From the NCBI GenBank assembly GCA_036475815.1, contig JAZGAL010000012.1, positions 1,969-65,968 on the forward strand: 64,000 bases of DNA, read 5' to 3'. Both the position numbers and the translations under genes were made by a program. The notes beneath the pieces were generated by a model that ran no database searches, was not told where the DNA came from, and saw only the letters and a program-made list of their open reading frames with translations. This stretch comes from Gemmatimonadota bacterium. Lineage in GTDB: Bacteria > Gemmatimonadota > Gemmatimonadetes > Palauibacterales > KS3-K002. Positions 53,240 through 62,295 of this stretch are shown here, piece by piece (the stretch's first letter is position 1; every line of letters begins with the position of its first letter).

Positions 53240-56200
53240 ATGAGAGTAGAGCGCGCTCGCCCGTATTTTGTAGGCCTGATCGCAGCCCTGTTTCTGGGTC
53301 TGGGCCCGTGGGTGGAACAGGCCGAGGCGCAGTATTTCGGGCGCAACAAGGTCCAGTACGAGAATTTCGACTTCAAGACGCTGAAGACCGAGCACTTCGA
53401 TATTCTCTACTATCCTGAAGCGCGTGAGGCCGTAGAGGAGGCCGGCCGGATGGCGGAGCGCTGGTATGCGCGACTCTCCCGCCTCTTCAACCACGAGTTC
53501 AGCGGCCGCCAGACGATCATCCTCTACGCCGATCACCCCGATTTCGAGCAAACGACTGTGCTGGGCGGCGCGATCGACGAGGGCACCGGTGGTGTAACCG
53601 AGGCGTTCAAGCGACGCGTGGTGCTCCCGATGGCCGGCTCGCTGGCTGAGACGGATCACGTGCTCGGCCATGAGCTGGTACACGCCTTCCAGTTCGATAT
53701 CACGACGCAGACCCGCTCCGCGATTGGCGGCGGGTTCCCCAACGCGCTGGCCATGCCTCTCTGGTTCATCGAGGGAATGGCCGAGTACCTGTCGCTCGGA
53801 CCGGAGTACCCGCTCACGGCGATGTGGATGCTCGATGCAGCGCGTCGCGACAAGCTTCCGAGCTTCAGAGAGCTCGCCAGCTTCCAGTACAACCCGTACC
53901 GCTACGGCCATGCGATGTGGGCTTACATCGGTGGGACGTGGGGCGACCCCGTGATCAGCGAGATACTGAAAGCGGCTTCGGCGACAGGGAACGTAGCGCA
54001 GGCCATCGCGACTGTCCTCGAGATCACGCCCGATGAGCTCATGGCTGGCTGGGCGGAATCGACCCGCGAGGCCTACGACAGCCTCCTGGCCAAGACGAAT
54101 TCACCTCTCGATTACGGTCGTCTCGTTGTTTCGCCGGAGACGGGAAGCGGCAGGTTGAACGTCGCTCCCGCTGTGAGCCCTGACGGGTCGCAGGTGGTCT
54201 TCCTGTCAGAAAAGGGCCAGCTCGCGATCGAGATGTTCCGAGCCGACGTCGAGACGGGCGAGATCCAGAAGAAGATTCTCAAGACGGCTGCCGATCCACA
54301 CTACGAGAGCCTGCAATTCATCAATTCCGCCGGCAACTGGCACCCGAACGGCCGAGATTTCATTTTTGCGGGGATCAGCAGGGGAAGACCGATCCTCACG
54401 ATCATCGACGCGGAGCGTGGCAAGGCCGTTCAAGAGATCAAGGTCGATGAGGTGGGTGAGATCTTCAATCCCGCCTGGTCGCCGGACGGCCGTTATATCG
54501 TCTTTTCCGCAAGCGTCGGCGGCTTGATGGACCTGTTCGTTCACGATGTCGAGACCGGTGAGAGGCGGCGACTGACCGCCGATGCGGCGGCCGACCTGCA
54601 GCCCGCCTGGTCACCCGATGGTAAGAAGATCGCCTTCGTCACGGATCGCTTCTCCACCGATCTTCGCAACCTGGCTTGGGGCAACTACGAGCTGGCGCTG
54701 ATCGACCCGGTGACCCGTGAGATCGAGCCGGTTCCCACGTTTACGAACGGGAAGAACATCAACCCGCAGTGGTCGAGGGATGGCTCGAGCCTGTACTTCG
54801 TGTCCGACCAAAACGGGATCGCCAACATCTATCGCGTGACTTTGGCGGACGGCGAGCTGTACCAGATCACCAACCTTCTCACTGGCGCAAGCGGTATAAC
54901 GGAGCTGAGCCCAGCGATATCGCTCGCGACAAACGCCGATCAGTTGATCTATAGCGCCTACGAGGGGGACCGCTACGCGCTGTACTCGATCGAGTCCGAT
55001 TCGGGCCTCGCGGGCGGGCCGGTCTTGCCGCCGCTCGCCGAGGTCAGTCCTGCGGTGCTGCCGCCCGCTGACCGTCCCGTCGGTGACGTGATGGCGCTGG
55101 TGCACAACCCGGAACTCGGGTTGCCGCCATCGGCGGACGACTTCGAGACGACCAAGTACAGCGCCGGTCTGTCGCTCGACTATATCGCTCCGCCGCAGGT
55201 CGCTGTGGGGAGCGACCGCTATGGGACCTTCGTGGGCGGCGGAACAGCTCTTTTCTGGAGCGACAGGCTTGGCGAGCACTCGCTCGCCACGGCCCTCCAG
55301 GTCAACGGCAGTTTCGCGGACATCGCTGCGCTGGTCAGCTACGTGAATCGCAAGTCCCGCTGGAACTGGGGCCTCGTCGGCGCGCAGACCCCCATTCTCT
55401 TCCGACAGCTCGGCTACGCTCAGGACCAGGCGACAGGGGAAATCATCGAGTTGGAGCTGAGGCGGCGGCAGACCAGCCGCCAGGTGAGCGGGCTTCTCGC
55501 CTATCCGATGAGCCGGGTGCAGCGTGTCGAGTTCAGCGGTCGATACACCAACATTTCCTTCGACACCGAGCTGATCGAGAGGACGCTGTCGCTCACCGGC
55601 CAGGTGCTGGACGAGACGAAGGAGAAGTTCCCCACCTGCGGCCTCGATGAAGATCCCATTTTCGGGCTTTGCACGCCGGAAGCGCTGAACCTCGGCTCCG
55701 CGACCGCCGCGCTGGTGTACGACAACACCTTCTTCGGGTTCACGGGACCGATACTCGGCCACCGCTACCGCCTGGAGGTCGCGCCGACGGTCGGCTCCAT
55801 CAACTACGTCGGAGCCCTGGTCGACTATCGCCGCTACTTCAGGCCCGTAGCACCGTACACCCTGGCGGGCCGCATCATGCACTTCGGCCGCTACGGTAGT
55901 GGCGGTGAGGATCCCCGGATCCAGCCGCTGTTCTTGGGATACCAGCAGATCATGCGGGGGTACGATTCAAGATCTTTCAATGTCGTGACTGAGTGCAACG
56001 TTCTCCAGGGCGAGGGCGGTTCGTTCGTAGGTACGAGCACCTGCCCTGTTTTCGATCAGCTGTTCGGCAGCCGACTCCTCGTCGGCAACTTCGAGTTGCG
56101 CACGCCGATTCCCCAGGGCTTCGGGCTACCCCCTGTCCCCGGGATGCCGCCAATCACGTTAGCCGCCTTCTTCGACGTCGGTGTAGCCTGGTGGACTAAC

Positions 56201-56377
56201 GAGCGGGCTCTCGTAATCGGAGGCAATCGGAATCCCTGGGATCCCATCAGCAGCTTCGGCATCGCGGCCCGCATCAATCTGTTCGGGGTCGCCCTGCTCG
56301 AGGTCGATTTCGTCCACCCGAACAACCGGCCCAGAAGAGGCTGGTTCTGGCAGTTCGGGTTCTCGCCGGGCTTCTGA
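53240..56377 (+). CDS. Large outer-membrane protein: zinc-metallopeptidase-like domain + TolB-like beta-propellers + C-terminal Omp85/D15 beta-barrel
   Basis: GGAGGA SD and signal peptide. HVLGHELVHAFQF...WFIEGMAEY (HExxH...E). Propeller motifs VSPDGSQVVFLS, PAWSPDGRYIVFSA, PAWSPDGKKIAFVTDR, PQWSRDGSSLYFVSD. C-terminus ...LLEVDFVHPNNRPRRGWFWQFGFSPGF with a terminal Phe, typical of Omp85 barrels. Confidence 0.8.
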   Translation: MRVERARPYFVGLIAALFLGLGPWVEQAEAQYFGRNKVQYENFDFKTLKTEHFDILYYPEAREAVEEAGRMAERWYARLSRLFNHEFSGRQTIILYADHPDFEQTTVLGGAIDEGTGGVTEAFKRRVVLPMAGSLAETDHVLGHELVHAFQFDITTQTRSAIGGGFPNALAMPLWFIEGMAEYLSLGPEYPLTAMWMLDAARRDKLPSFRELASFQYNPYRYGHAMWAYIGGTWGDPVISEILKAASATGNVAQAIATVLEITPDELMAGWAESTREAYDSLLAKTNSPLDYGRLVVSPETGSGRLNVAPAVSPDGSQVVFLSEKGQLAIEMFRADVETGEIQKKILKTAADPHYESLQFINSAGNWHPNGRDFIFAGISRGRPILTIIDAERGKAVQEIKVDEVGEIFNPAWSPDGRYIVFSASVGGLMDLFVHDVETGERRRLTADAAADLQPAWSPDGKKIAFVTDRFSTDLRNLAWGNYELALIDPVTREIEPVPTFTNGKNINPQWSRDGSSLYFVSDQNGIANIYRVTLADGELYQITNLLTGASGITELSPAISLATNADQLIYSAYEGDRYALYSIESDSGLAGGPVLPPLAEVSPAVLPPADRPVGDVMALVHNPELGLPPSADDFETTKYSAGLSLDYIAPPQVAVGSDRYGTFVGGGTALFWSDRLGEHSLATALQVNGSFADIAALVSYVNRKSRWNWGLVGAQTPILFRQLGYAQDQATGEIIELELRRRQTSRQVSGLLAYPMSRVQRVEFSGRYTNISFDTELIERTLSLTGQVLDETKEKFPTCGLDEDPIFGLCTPEALNLGSATAALVYDNTFFGFTGPILGHRYRLEVAPTVGSINYVGALVDYRRYFRPVAPYTLAGRIMHFGRYGSGGEDPRIQPLFLGYQQIMRGYDSRSFNVVTECNVLQGEGGSFVGTSTCPVFDQLFGSRLLVGNFELRTPIPQGFGLPPVPGMPPITLAAFFDVGVAWWTNERALVIGGNRNPWDPISSFGIAARINLFGVALLEVDFVHPNNRPRRGWFWQFGFSPGF

Positions 56378-56531
56378 TCCCGAGGGCTTCCCGAGGACGT
56401 AATCCCATTTGACGGCCTCGGCGTGATCCACCGCCACCTACGGGTTCCCAGCTCCTCCGTGCTCACCGGCCAGAAATAGGCCCTCGGGCCAGGCGACGGT
56501 TTGAGCCTCTCGCGCATCTATTACAGGTGGA

Positions 56532-57068
56532 ATGAAGAACTATGCTTCGGTGCTGGCGGGCGCGGAGGTAACCCGCGCACGGGCTGGTGACCGGGAGGCC
56601 CTGGAGACTGTCTACCGCGCCTTTCAGGCGCCCGTCTACAACCTCGGCCGCCGCATCTGCGGCAACGAGGAGGATGCGGAGGATGTGCTTCAGGAGACCT
56701 TCCTGGAGGTCTGCCGCTCCATCCGCGGGTTCCGTGGCGAGGGGTCACTCTGGGGTTGGGTCCGCCGGGTGGCGGTCAGCAAAGCGCTAATGCTGTTGCG
56801 TCGCGAGCGCGGCAGGGCCGCCCGGACGGTGGGAGGCGACAGCTTCTCTCTCGACGCGCTGGGCGCACCGCCGCCGGAGCCGACGGGGCCCATCGACCTC
56901 GAGGCTGCGCTGGGCCGCCTATCGCCGGTCAGTCGGGCGGTGCTGTGGCTGCACGACGTGGAAGGGTACACGCACGAGGAAATCGGCGAGATGTTGGGGA
57001 AGACGGCCAGCTTTTCTAAGTCACAGCTATCGCGGGCGCACAGGCGTCTGCGGGAGTGGCTGGAGTGA
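56532..57068 (+). CDS. ECF-type RNA polymerase sigma-70 family factor
   Basis: Region 2 DAEDVLQETFLEV...GWVRRVAVSKALMLLRR. Region 4 VLWLHDVEGYTHEEIGEMLGKTASFSKSQLSRAHRRLREWL. Confidence 0.85.
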   Translation: MKNYASVLAGAEVTRARAGDREALETVYRAFQAPVYNLGRRICGNEEDAEDVLQETFLEVCRSIRGFRGEGSLWGWVRRVAVSKALMLLRRERGRAARTVGGDSFSLDALGAPPPEPTGPIDLEAALGRLSPVSRAVLWLHDVEGYTHEEIGEMLGKTASFSKSQLSRAHRRLREWLE

Positions 57069-57691
57069 TGGAGAAGGTTCGGCATCTGACTATCGATGAG
57101 CTGCTCGCCTTGCGCGATGGCGAGGGCACGGCGTTCGCCCGTTCGCACGCGGAATCCTGCCACGCCTGTCGCCGGGAGCTGGAGCGGTTGTACCAGATAC
57201 AGGCGCGGCTCCGTGCCCTACCCACGTTCGAGCCGCCACGGGACTTGTGGCCGCGAGTGGCATCGGGCGTGAGCCGGAAACGCCTGCGCCGGCGAGTCGG
57301 CTACGGGGTGCTGGGGCTGGCCGCGGCGGCAACTCTGGCGGCGCTCGTGGTGCGGCACGGTCCGAACGCTCGGGAGACGCCCGCCGGCCCGTCGGATGTC
57401 TGGGTGGCTGAGGCCGAGAGCCCGGACCTGGGGCCCTTCATCCATCGCTCGGCGGAGCTCGAATCCATTCTCCGAGCGTATAGGCCGGCATATCAGGTCT
57501 ACAACGCTCCCACGGCGCTGGCGGTTTCGTTTCTCGAGGACCGGATCGTGCTCCTCGATAGGGTATTGCTGGAAGGTCGCGCTGCAGGCGCTGACCGCGA
57601 GGTGCTGGTCGACCTGTGGGGCGAGCGGGTGGAAGCGATGGAGACGCTCGTGGGTCTTCATGCGGTCCAGGAGGAGCGGCTGTGGCGCTAG
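57068..57691 (+). CDS. Anti-sigma factor (zf-HC2 type) with one TM helix
   Basis: ATG overlaps the sigma stop (TGATG). HAESCHACRREL gives Hx3Cx2C. TM VGYGVLGLAAAATLAALVV. Confidence 0.7.
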   Translation: MEKVRHLTIDELLALRDGEGTAFARSHAESCHACRRELERLYQIQARLRALPTFEPPRDLWPRVASGVSRKRLRRRVGYGVLGLAAAATLAALVVRHGPNARETPAGPSDVWVAEAESPDLGPFIHRSAELESILRAYRPAYQVYNAPTALAVSFLEDRIVLLDRVLLEGRAAGADREVLVDLWGERVEAMETLVGLHAVQEERLWR

Positions 57692-57759
57692 GCCGGGGAA
57701 CCGGTTCGATGTTCGGGAAGACGCAGTTGCTGCACACTGAACTGAACAGGAGGAAATCG

Positions 57760-58674
57760 ATGAGGTTGGCCAGGTTGCTGCTGACAGGCGCGCTGGTCTT
57801 GGGCGGTCTCGTCCAGCCGGCGCGCGCGCAGGAGGAGAAGCACGAAGAATGTCGGTGTCCGACACCGTGGACAACGCTCCGGGTACTTGCGCCCGAAGGC
57901 GGCTTGAGGACGCTGACGTGGATCGGTGGTCGCGCGCGTCTTGGGGTTCTCGTAAACATCGAGGCCAATCCCGAGACCGATCGCTACGGCGCTCTGATCG
58001 ACGGGGTCACCGAAGGCGGCCCGGCGGACAAGGCGGGCCTGAAGGAAGGTGATATCATCACGGAGCTCGACGGTGAGAGCCTGCTGAGCGGTGGAGAAGC
58101 GTTCGACGAAGACCAGTCCGCGCCGGGCATGCGGCTGATAGAACGGGCTCGCAAGCTGGAGCGTGAAGACACGGTGAAGGTCGAGTATCGCCGCGATGGC
58201 AAGACAAAGACCACGGAGCTCGTCGTGGGCGATTTCGATGATTGGACGTTGGCTGCCGCCTATTCCGGGGACTCGGACCGGATGCGCAGGCTTCTGGAGC
58301 GGGTCTATGTGCCTCAGGTCCATGTCACGGCGCCCGAGTCCTTCGCGCTCCGGGTCGGTGCGACCCTGCCCGGTCTGGAGCTGGTGTTACTGAACCGCGG
58401 GCTCGGCGAGTACTTCGGGACGGATGAAGGTGTGCTGGTCGTGAGCATCCCCGAGGAAAGCGAGTTGAGCTTGAAGGCGGGCGATGTGATCCAGACTATC
58501 GGCGGTCGCAAGGTGAAGAGCCCGAGCCACGCTATGAGGATTCTTCGTTCCTACGAGGGGGACGAAGAGGTGACCTTCGAGATTCTCAGGAAGAAAAAGA
58601 AGATGACGGTTAGCGGGAAGGCGTCCCGGCCGTTCGACGCAGAGAGCGTTTTCAGACTGGAACGACACAACTAG
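57760..58674 (+). CDS. Periplasmic protein with two PDZ domains
   Basis: AGGAGGA SD before the ATG at 57760. Signal MRLARLLLTGALVLGGLVQPARAQ. GALIDGVTEGGPADKAGLKEGDIITELDGESL and GVLVVSIPEESELSLKAGDVIQTIGGRKV. Confidence 0.75.
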   Translation: MRLARLLLTGALVLGGLVQPARAQEEKHEECRCPTPWTTLRVLAPEGGLRTLTWIGGRARLGVLVNIEANPETDRYGALIDGVTEGGPADKAGLKEGDIITELDGESLLSGGEAFDEDQSAPGMRLIERARKLEREDTVKVEYRRDGKTKTTELVVGDFDDWTLAAAYSGDSDRMRRLLERVYVPQVHVTAPESFALRVGATLPGLELVLLNRGLGEYFGTDEGVLVVSIPEESELSLKAGDVIQTIGGRKVKSPSHAMRILRSYEGDEEVTFEILRKKKKMTVSGKASRPFDAESVFRLERHN

Positions 58675-58689
58675 GAGAAGCGCCCGACG

Positions 58690-58711
58690 CCCGACGCGTC
58701 AACGTGTCGGG
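58690..58711. terminator. Hairpin between convergent genes (possible bidirectional terminator)
   Basis: CCCGAC-gcgtcaacgt-GTCGGG, with further partial pairing inside. No U-tract. Confidence 0.3.
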
Positions 58712-58757
58712 TAAGGCCGCGGTTCCGCGCGCGGCGGTCATCTGCCGGGTCTGCTAT

Positions 58758-59543
58758 CTAGATTCGACGCCAGAGGAATTCGGCACGGTCCATCCGCTGC
58801 TCGATCTTGGCGGCGTAGCTGCGGTACCAATCGCTGTCGCTCTGCGGGTTCCAACGCGACGGCCTGGGGAGGCCCGCCGCGAGTTGCGCCGCTTCCTCCT
58901 CGCTGAGCTCCGCCGCTGGCTTCCCGAAGTAACGACGCGCCGCGGCCTCAGCACCGTACACGCCGGGGCCGAACTCCACCACGTTGAGGTAGATCTCGAG
59001 GATCCGTTTCTTGGAGAGGTTGCGCTCCAGCTGACGGGTCAGGATCGCCTCTTTGACCTTGCGGAACGGGTTGCGTGACGGCGAGAGCCAGAGATTCTTC
59101 GCCAGTTGCTGTGTGATAGTTGACGCTCCGCGTAGCGATCGCTCGCCTCCCAGAGCGTCCCGGATCGCCTGTTTGATCTCCGCAAACTCGAACCCGCCAT
59201 GCGAGAAGAAGCTGATGTCCTCCGCCACCAGCACGGCTCGCTTCAGGTGCGGCGAAACCCGGTCGTAAGGAACCCAGTGCCACCGCACATCCCCTGGCTG
59301 GCCCGCTTCGCTTGCCCGCGCCCGGGACCGCTCGATGAACGCTGTGGTTTCCGGGTTCCGGCTCGAGAGGCTGGCCACGTCCGGCCAGGTCGCCGCCTGG
59401 TACAATCCAACCGCGAGTAGCGGCGCGGCTACGACCAGGCAGAGGCCCAACGCCAGCCGCTTCCAGGGCAGATGAGCCGTCCAGCCCCGCCAGGTGCCGG
59501 TTTCCTGCCCGGTGGTTCGCTGACCGACTTCGCTTTTCGCCAT
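58758..59543 (-). CDS. mtgA: Monofunctional biosynthetic peptidoglycan transglycosylase
   Basis: VAEDISFFSHGGF, GASTITQQLAKNLWL, RKVKEAILTRQLE, KRILEIYLNVVEFG, YGAEAAARRYFG (GT51 motifs). N-terminal TM helix. Confidence 0.9.
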   Translation of the reverse strand: MAKSEVGQRTTGQETGTWRGWTAHLPWKRLALGLCLVVAAPLLAVGLYQAATWPDVASLSSRNPETTAFIERSRARASEAGQPGDVRWHWVPYDRVSPHLKRAVLVAEDISFFSHGGFEFAEIKQAIRDALGGERSLRGASTITQQLAKNLWLSPSRNPFRKVKEAILTRQLERNLSKKRILEIYLNVVEFGPGVYGAEAAARRYFGKPAAELSEEEAAQLAAGLPRPSRWNPQSDSDWYRSYAAKIEQRMDRAEFLWRRI

Positions 59544-59916
59544 ATCTGAATCTACTTCCCTGGGTCAGACCTTGTGCCGGATGTTCTCGGCGGACCCCCG
59601 GCTTCCGCAGGCGGCTCACGCCGATGCACAGTTGAGAGAACGCAGAAAGAAAACCGGCCGACCGTTGCACTTCAAGGGGGCTGGTTTCGGCTCGGGTCCG
59701 CGCTGAATCGCCCGGGGCCTCAGAATTCGAAGGCCTGGAACTCCTGGAGCCAGTACGCGACCGGCATGCGGCGAGCGAACCGGTCGAGGTTTTCACCGGC
59801 TGGGAAATACTCGCATGGGTCGCTGGATCAAGCTCGGTTCCGTATGATTAAGCGCCTGCTCTTAGGGCGGACGTGGCCCCAACACGACAGTGAAGCAATC
59901 CAGCAAGGAGCGATCG

Positions 59917-61320
59917 ATGACGCGACCGGGTACGGACGCCCAGCCGCTGCGAGTTGCGGTGATCGGTTCGGGCCCCGCAGGCTTCTACACTGCCGAGAAG
60001 CTTCTCAAGCAGGAGAGCATCGCCGTTGAAGTGGACATGTACGACCGGCTGCCGGTGCCGTTCGGACTGGTGCGGTTCGGCGTCGCCCCCGATCATGAGA
60101 AGATCAAGAACGTCACTCGCGTATACGACAGGGTGGCGTCCAATCCGAACTTCCGCTTCTTCGGGAACATCGAGATCGGCACGCACGTCACACTCGACGA
60201 TCTCAGGCGGCACTACCACCAGATCTGCTATTCCACCGGTGCACAATCCGATCGGCTCATGGGCATCCCGGGAGAAGATCTGGCGCGCAGCCACGCGGCC
60301 ACCGAGTTCGTCGCCTGGTACAACGGCCATCCCGACTACCGCGACCGCCGGTTCGACCTGTCGGTGGAGCGGGTGGCGGTCGTCGGCGTGGGCAATGTGG
60401 CGGTGGACGTGGCCCGCATACTCTGCCGAACACGCGCGGAACTGGATACGACCGACATCGCCGACTACGCGTTGGAGGCCTTGAGCGAGAGCAACATCAA
60501 GGAGGTCTACATACTGGGCCGCCGCGGGCCGGCGCAGGCCGCCTTCACCAACCCCGAAGTCCGGGAGCTGGGCGAGCTGGCGGGCGCCGATGTTGTCGTC
60601 GTGTCGGAGGAAGTTCAGCTTGATCCGCTGAGCCGGAAGTCGGTCGAGGAGGGTGGGGATAAGAGCCTGCTCAAGAAGATCGAGATCCTGCAAAGCTTCG
60701 TCGATCGCACCAGCCGCGGTAAACCGAAGACGCTGACCCTTCGTTTCCTGGTATCTCCGGTGGAGTTGTACGGAAACGATGCCGGCCAGGTGAGCGGCAT
60801 GAAGCTGGTGAGGAATGAGCTGTACGTCAGCGACGACGGCTCGCTGCGGCCGAGGCCCACAGACGAGTTCGAGGAAATACCCGTGGAAATGGTCTTCCGG
60901 TCGGTCGGCTACAGGGGCGTGCCTCTGCCTGGCCTGCCGTTCCACGATCGCTGGGGCATCGTCCCCAACGAGAAGGGACGCGTGGTCGATCCCGAGACGA
61001 ACGAGCCTGTGGCGGGCATCTATGTCTCCGGCTGGATCAAGCGCGGGCCCACCGGGATCATAGGCACGAACAAGCCCGACGCCGGCGAGACGGTCGAGTG
61101 CATGCTGGAGGATGCTGCGGGCGGCGCGGTACTCGATGCACAGAGCCCGGATCCCGCCGGCGTGGTGGAGATGGTCCGCCGGGGCCAGCCGGACTACGTG
61201 ACCTGGGAGGACTGGAAGAATCTGCAGGAAGCGGAAGAGGAGAAGGGGAAACAAGTCGGCCGTCCGCGAGTCAAGTTCACGACGGTAGAGGAGATGCTCG
61301 CCGCATTGGGTCGCGGTTAG
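59917..61320 (+). CDS. FAD-dependent ferredoxin-NADP+ reductase of the adrenodoxin-reductase (FprA) type
   Basis: AAGGAG SD before the ATG at 59917. VAVIGSGPAGFYTAEKLL, DRLPVPFGLVRFGVAPDH, VVGVGNVAVDVARIL, GWIKRGPTGIIGTNK. Confidence 0.85.
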   Translation: MTRPGTDAQPLRVAVIGSGPAGFYTAEKLLKQESIAVEVDMYDRLPVPFGLVRFGVAPDHEKIKNVTRVYDRVASNPNFRFFGNIEIGTHVTLDDLRRHYHQICYSTGAQSDRLMGIPGEDLARSHAATEFVAWYNGHPDYRDRRFDLSVERVAVVGVGNVAVDVARILCRTRAELDTTDIADYALEALSESNIKEVYILGRRGPAQAAFTNPEVRELGELAGADVVVVSEEVQLDPLSRKSVEEGGDKSLLKKIEILQSFVDRTSRGKPKTLTLRFLVSPVELYGNDAGQVSGMKLVRNELYVSDDGSLRPRPTDEFEEIPVEMVFRSVGYRGVPLPGLPFHDRWGIVPNEKGRVVDPETNEPVAGIYVSGWIKRGPTGIIGTNKPDAGETVECMLEDAAGGAVLDAQSPDPAGVVEMVRRGQPDYVTWEDWKNLQEAEEEKGKQVGRPRVKFTTVEEMLAALGRG

Positions 61321-61405
61321 GCCCCAAGTACCGCGCTCGGCCGTCCGGGGGTATATTGTAAAATTCCGCGGCGACGAGACGGAGCGGCCCGAGCGGAGGG
61401 TGAAG

Positions 61406-62242
61406 ATGGATCTGTTCACTTCCATTTCCGCTGCTATACGGACCCGGCACGGACGGTTCAGCGGTACTTCGGCCAGGCCCTGGATAGTCGTCAACCAGTC
61501 GGGCGTTGACCTTCTCAACAACGCCATGCTGTCTACCGGGACCGTTGGCAGCGTGCGACGTGGAGAGAGCCTGTACTATTACCAGCCGCTCCCCGTCGAA
61601 AGGCGTGGCGATCTTAGTGACGACCGCATCGGACCGGCTGATCTGTACATCCGGCTCTCCACGACCAGCTCCGACTTGTGGGAACCGGAGCTGGCTATTG
61701 TGTGGGGGAGCTCGAAGCAACACGGCGCGGTCCCTCTCGCGCTGGATATGAGCCTGGTCCAGGGACTGAGTTGCGATCCCGCTGAGGGAGTCGTTTCGGT
61801 ACCGGTTCGGCGCGTGTACGCCGGAACGGATGACACGCTGATTCATAGCCTGCTGCTGGTACTGGTCACCTACGATGCGCCTTACGCGGGAACGGATGAC
61901 CCGATCTCGCTTCGCGTGATGACGCCCGAGGGAAAAGCCGTGGATCACATCATCAGTGACACTCCCCAGACCGACCTCGAGATTGACACCGCCAATATCT
62001 ATGAAGTGCCGGTGGATTCTCCCTTTAGCAGGGGAGAGCTGAGGAAGAGTGAGGCTGCGGAGATCAAGCTGTCGATCCACGGAAGCGACAAGTGGGTGCC
62101 AAAGAAGATATTCCTGTTCGGGCTGGACCACCCGCCTGAAAGGCCTGAGCATGTGGTTCTGCTATCCAGGATGTACGATCCCGGCCCATTGAGCGCAGAT
62201 CCCAGCGAAGGTGTGCCTTCCTTGATCTTGCCCGTGGAGTGA
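61406..62242 (+). CDS. Hypothetical protein with PLAT/LH2-like domain(s)
   Basis: GGAGGG SD 6 nt before the ATG at 61406. ...VTYDAPYAGTDDPISLRVMTPEGKAVDHII...FSRGELRKSEAAEIKLSIHGSDKWVPKKIFLFGLD fits the PLAT pattern (AGTDx.v.i.l.G...f.rG....f.....i.i.h....W....i.v). Noticeably more A/T-ending codons than its neighbours. Confidence 0.55.
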   Translation: MDLFTSISAAIRTRHGRFSGTSARPWIVVNQSGVDLLNNAMLSTGTVGSVRRGESLYYYQPLPVERRGDLSDDRIGPADLYIRLSTTSSDLWEPELAIVWGSSKQHGAVPLALDMSLVQGLSCDPAEGVVSVPVRRVYAGTDDTLIHSLLLVLVTYDAPYAGTDDPISLRVMTPEGKAVDHIISDTPQTDLEIDTANIYEVPVDSPFSRGELRKSEAAEIKLSIHGSDKWVPKKIFLFGLDHPPERPEHVVLLSRMYDPGPLSADPSEGVPSLILPVE

Positions 62243-62295
62243 AGTCTGAGCTCGCAGCCTTTTGACGTACGCCGGCGTGCGATTCATCTTGCGGC

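Noticed and set aside
56378-56531. Autoregulatory ECF promoter upstream of the sigma gene
   Set aside because: No GGAAC-N16-17-CGTC-type element is present on the plus strand in this spacer. The only GGAACC-like motif is on the opposite strand.
59544-59916. 373-bp divergent intergenic region (mtgA / fprA-like) inspected for an sRNA or riboswitch. It contains an imperfect hairpin AAACCGGCC-19 nt-GGCTGGTTT (59651-59687).
   Set aside because: The stem includes a G.U pair, has no U-tract and matches no riboswitch core that I recognise. This cannot be supported without folding or covariation analysis.
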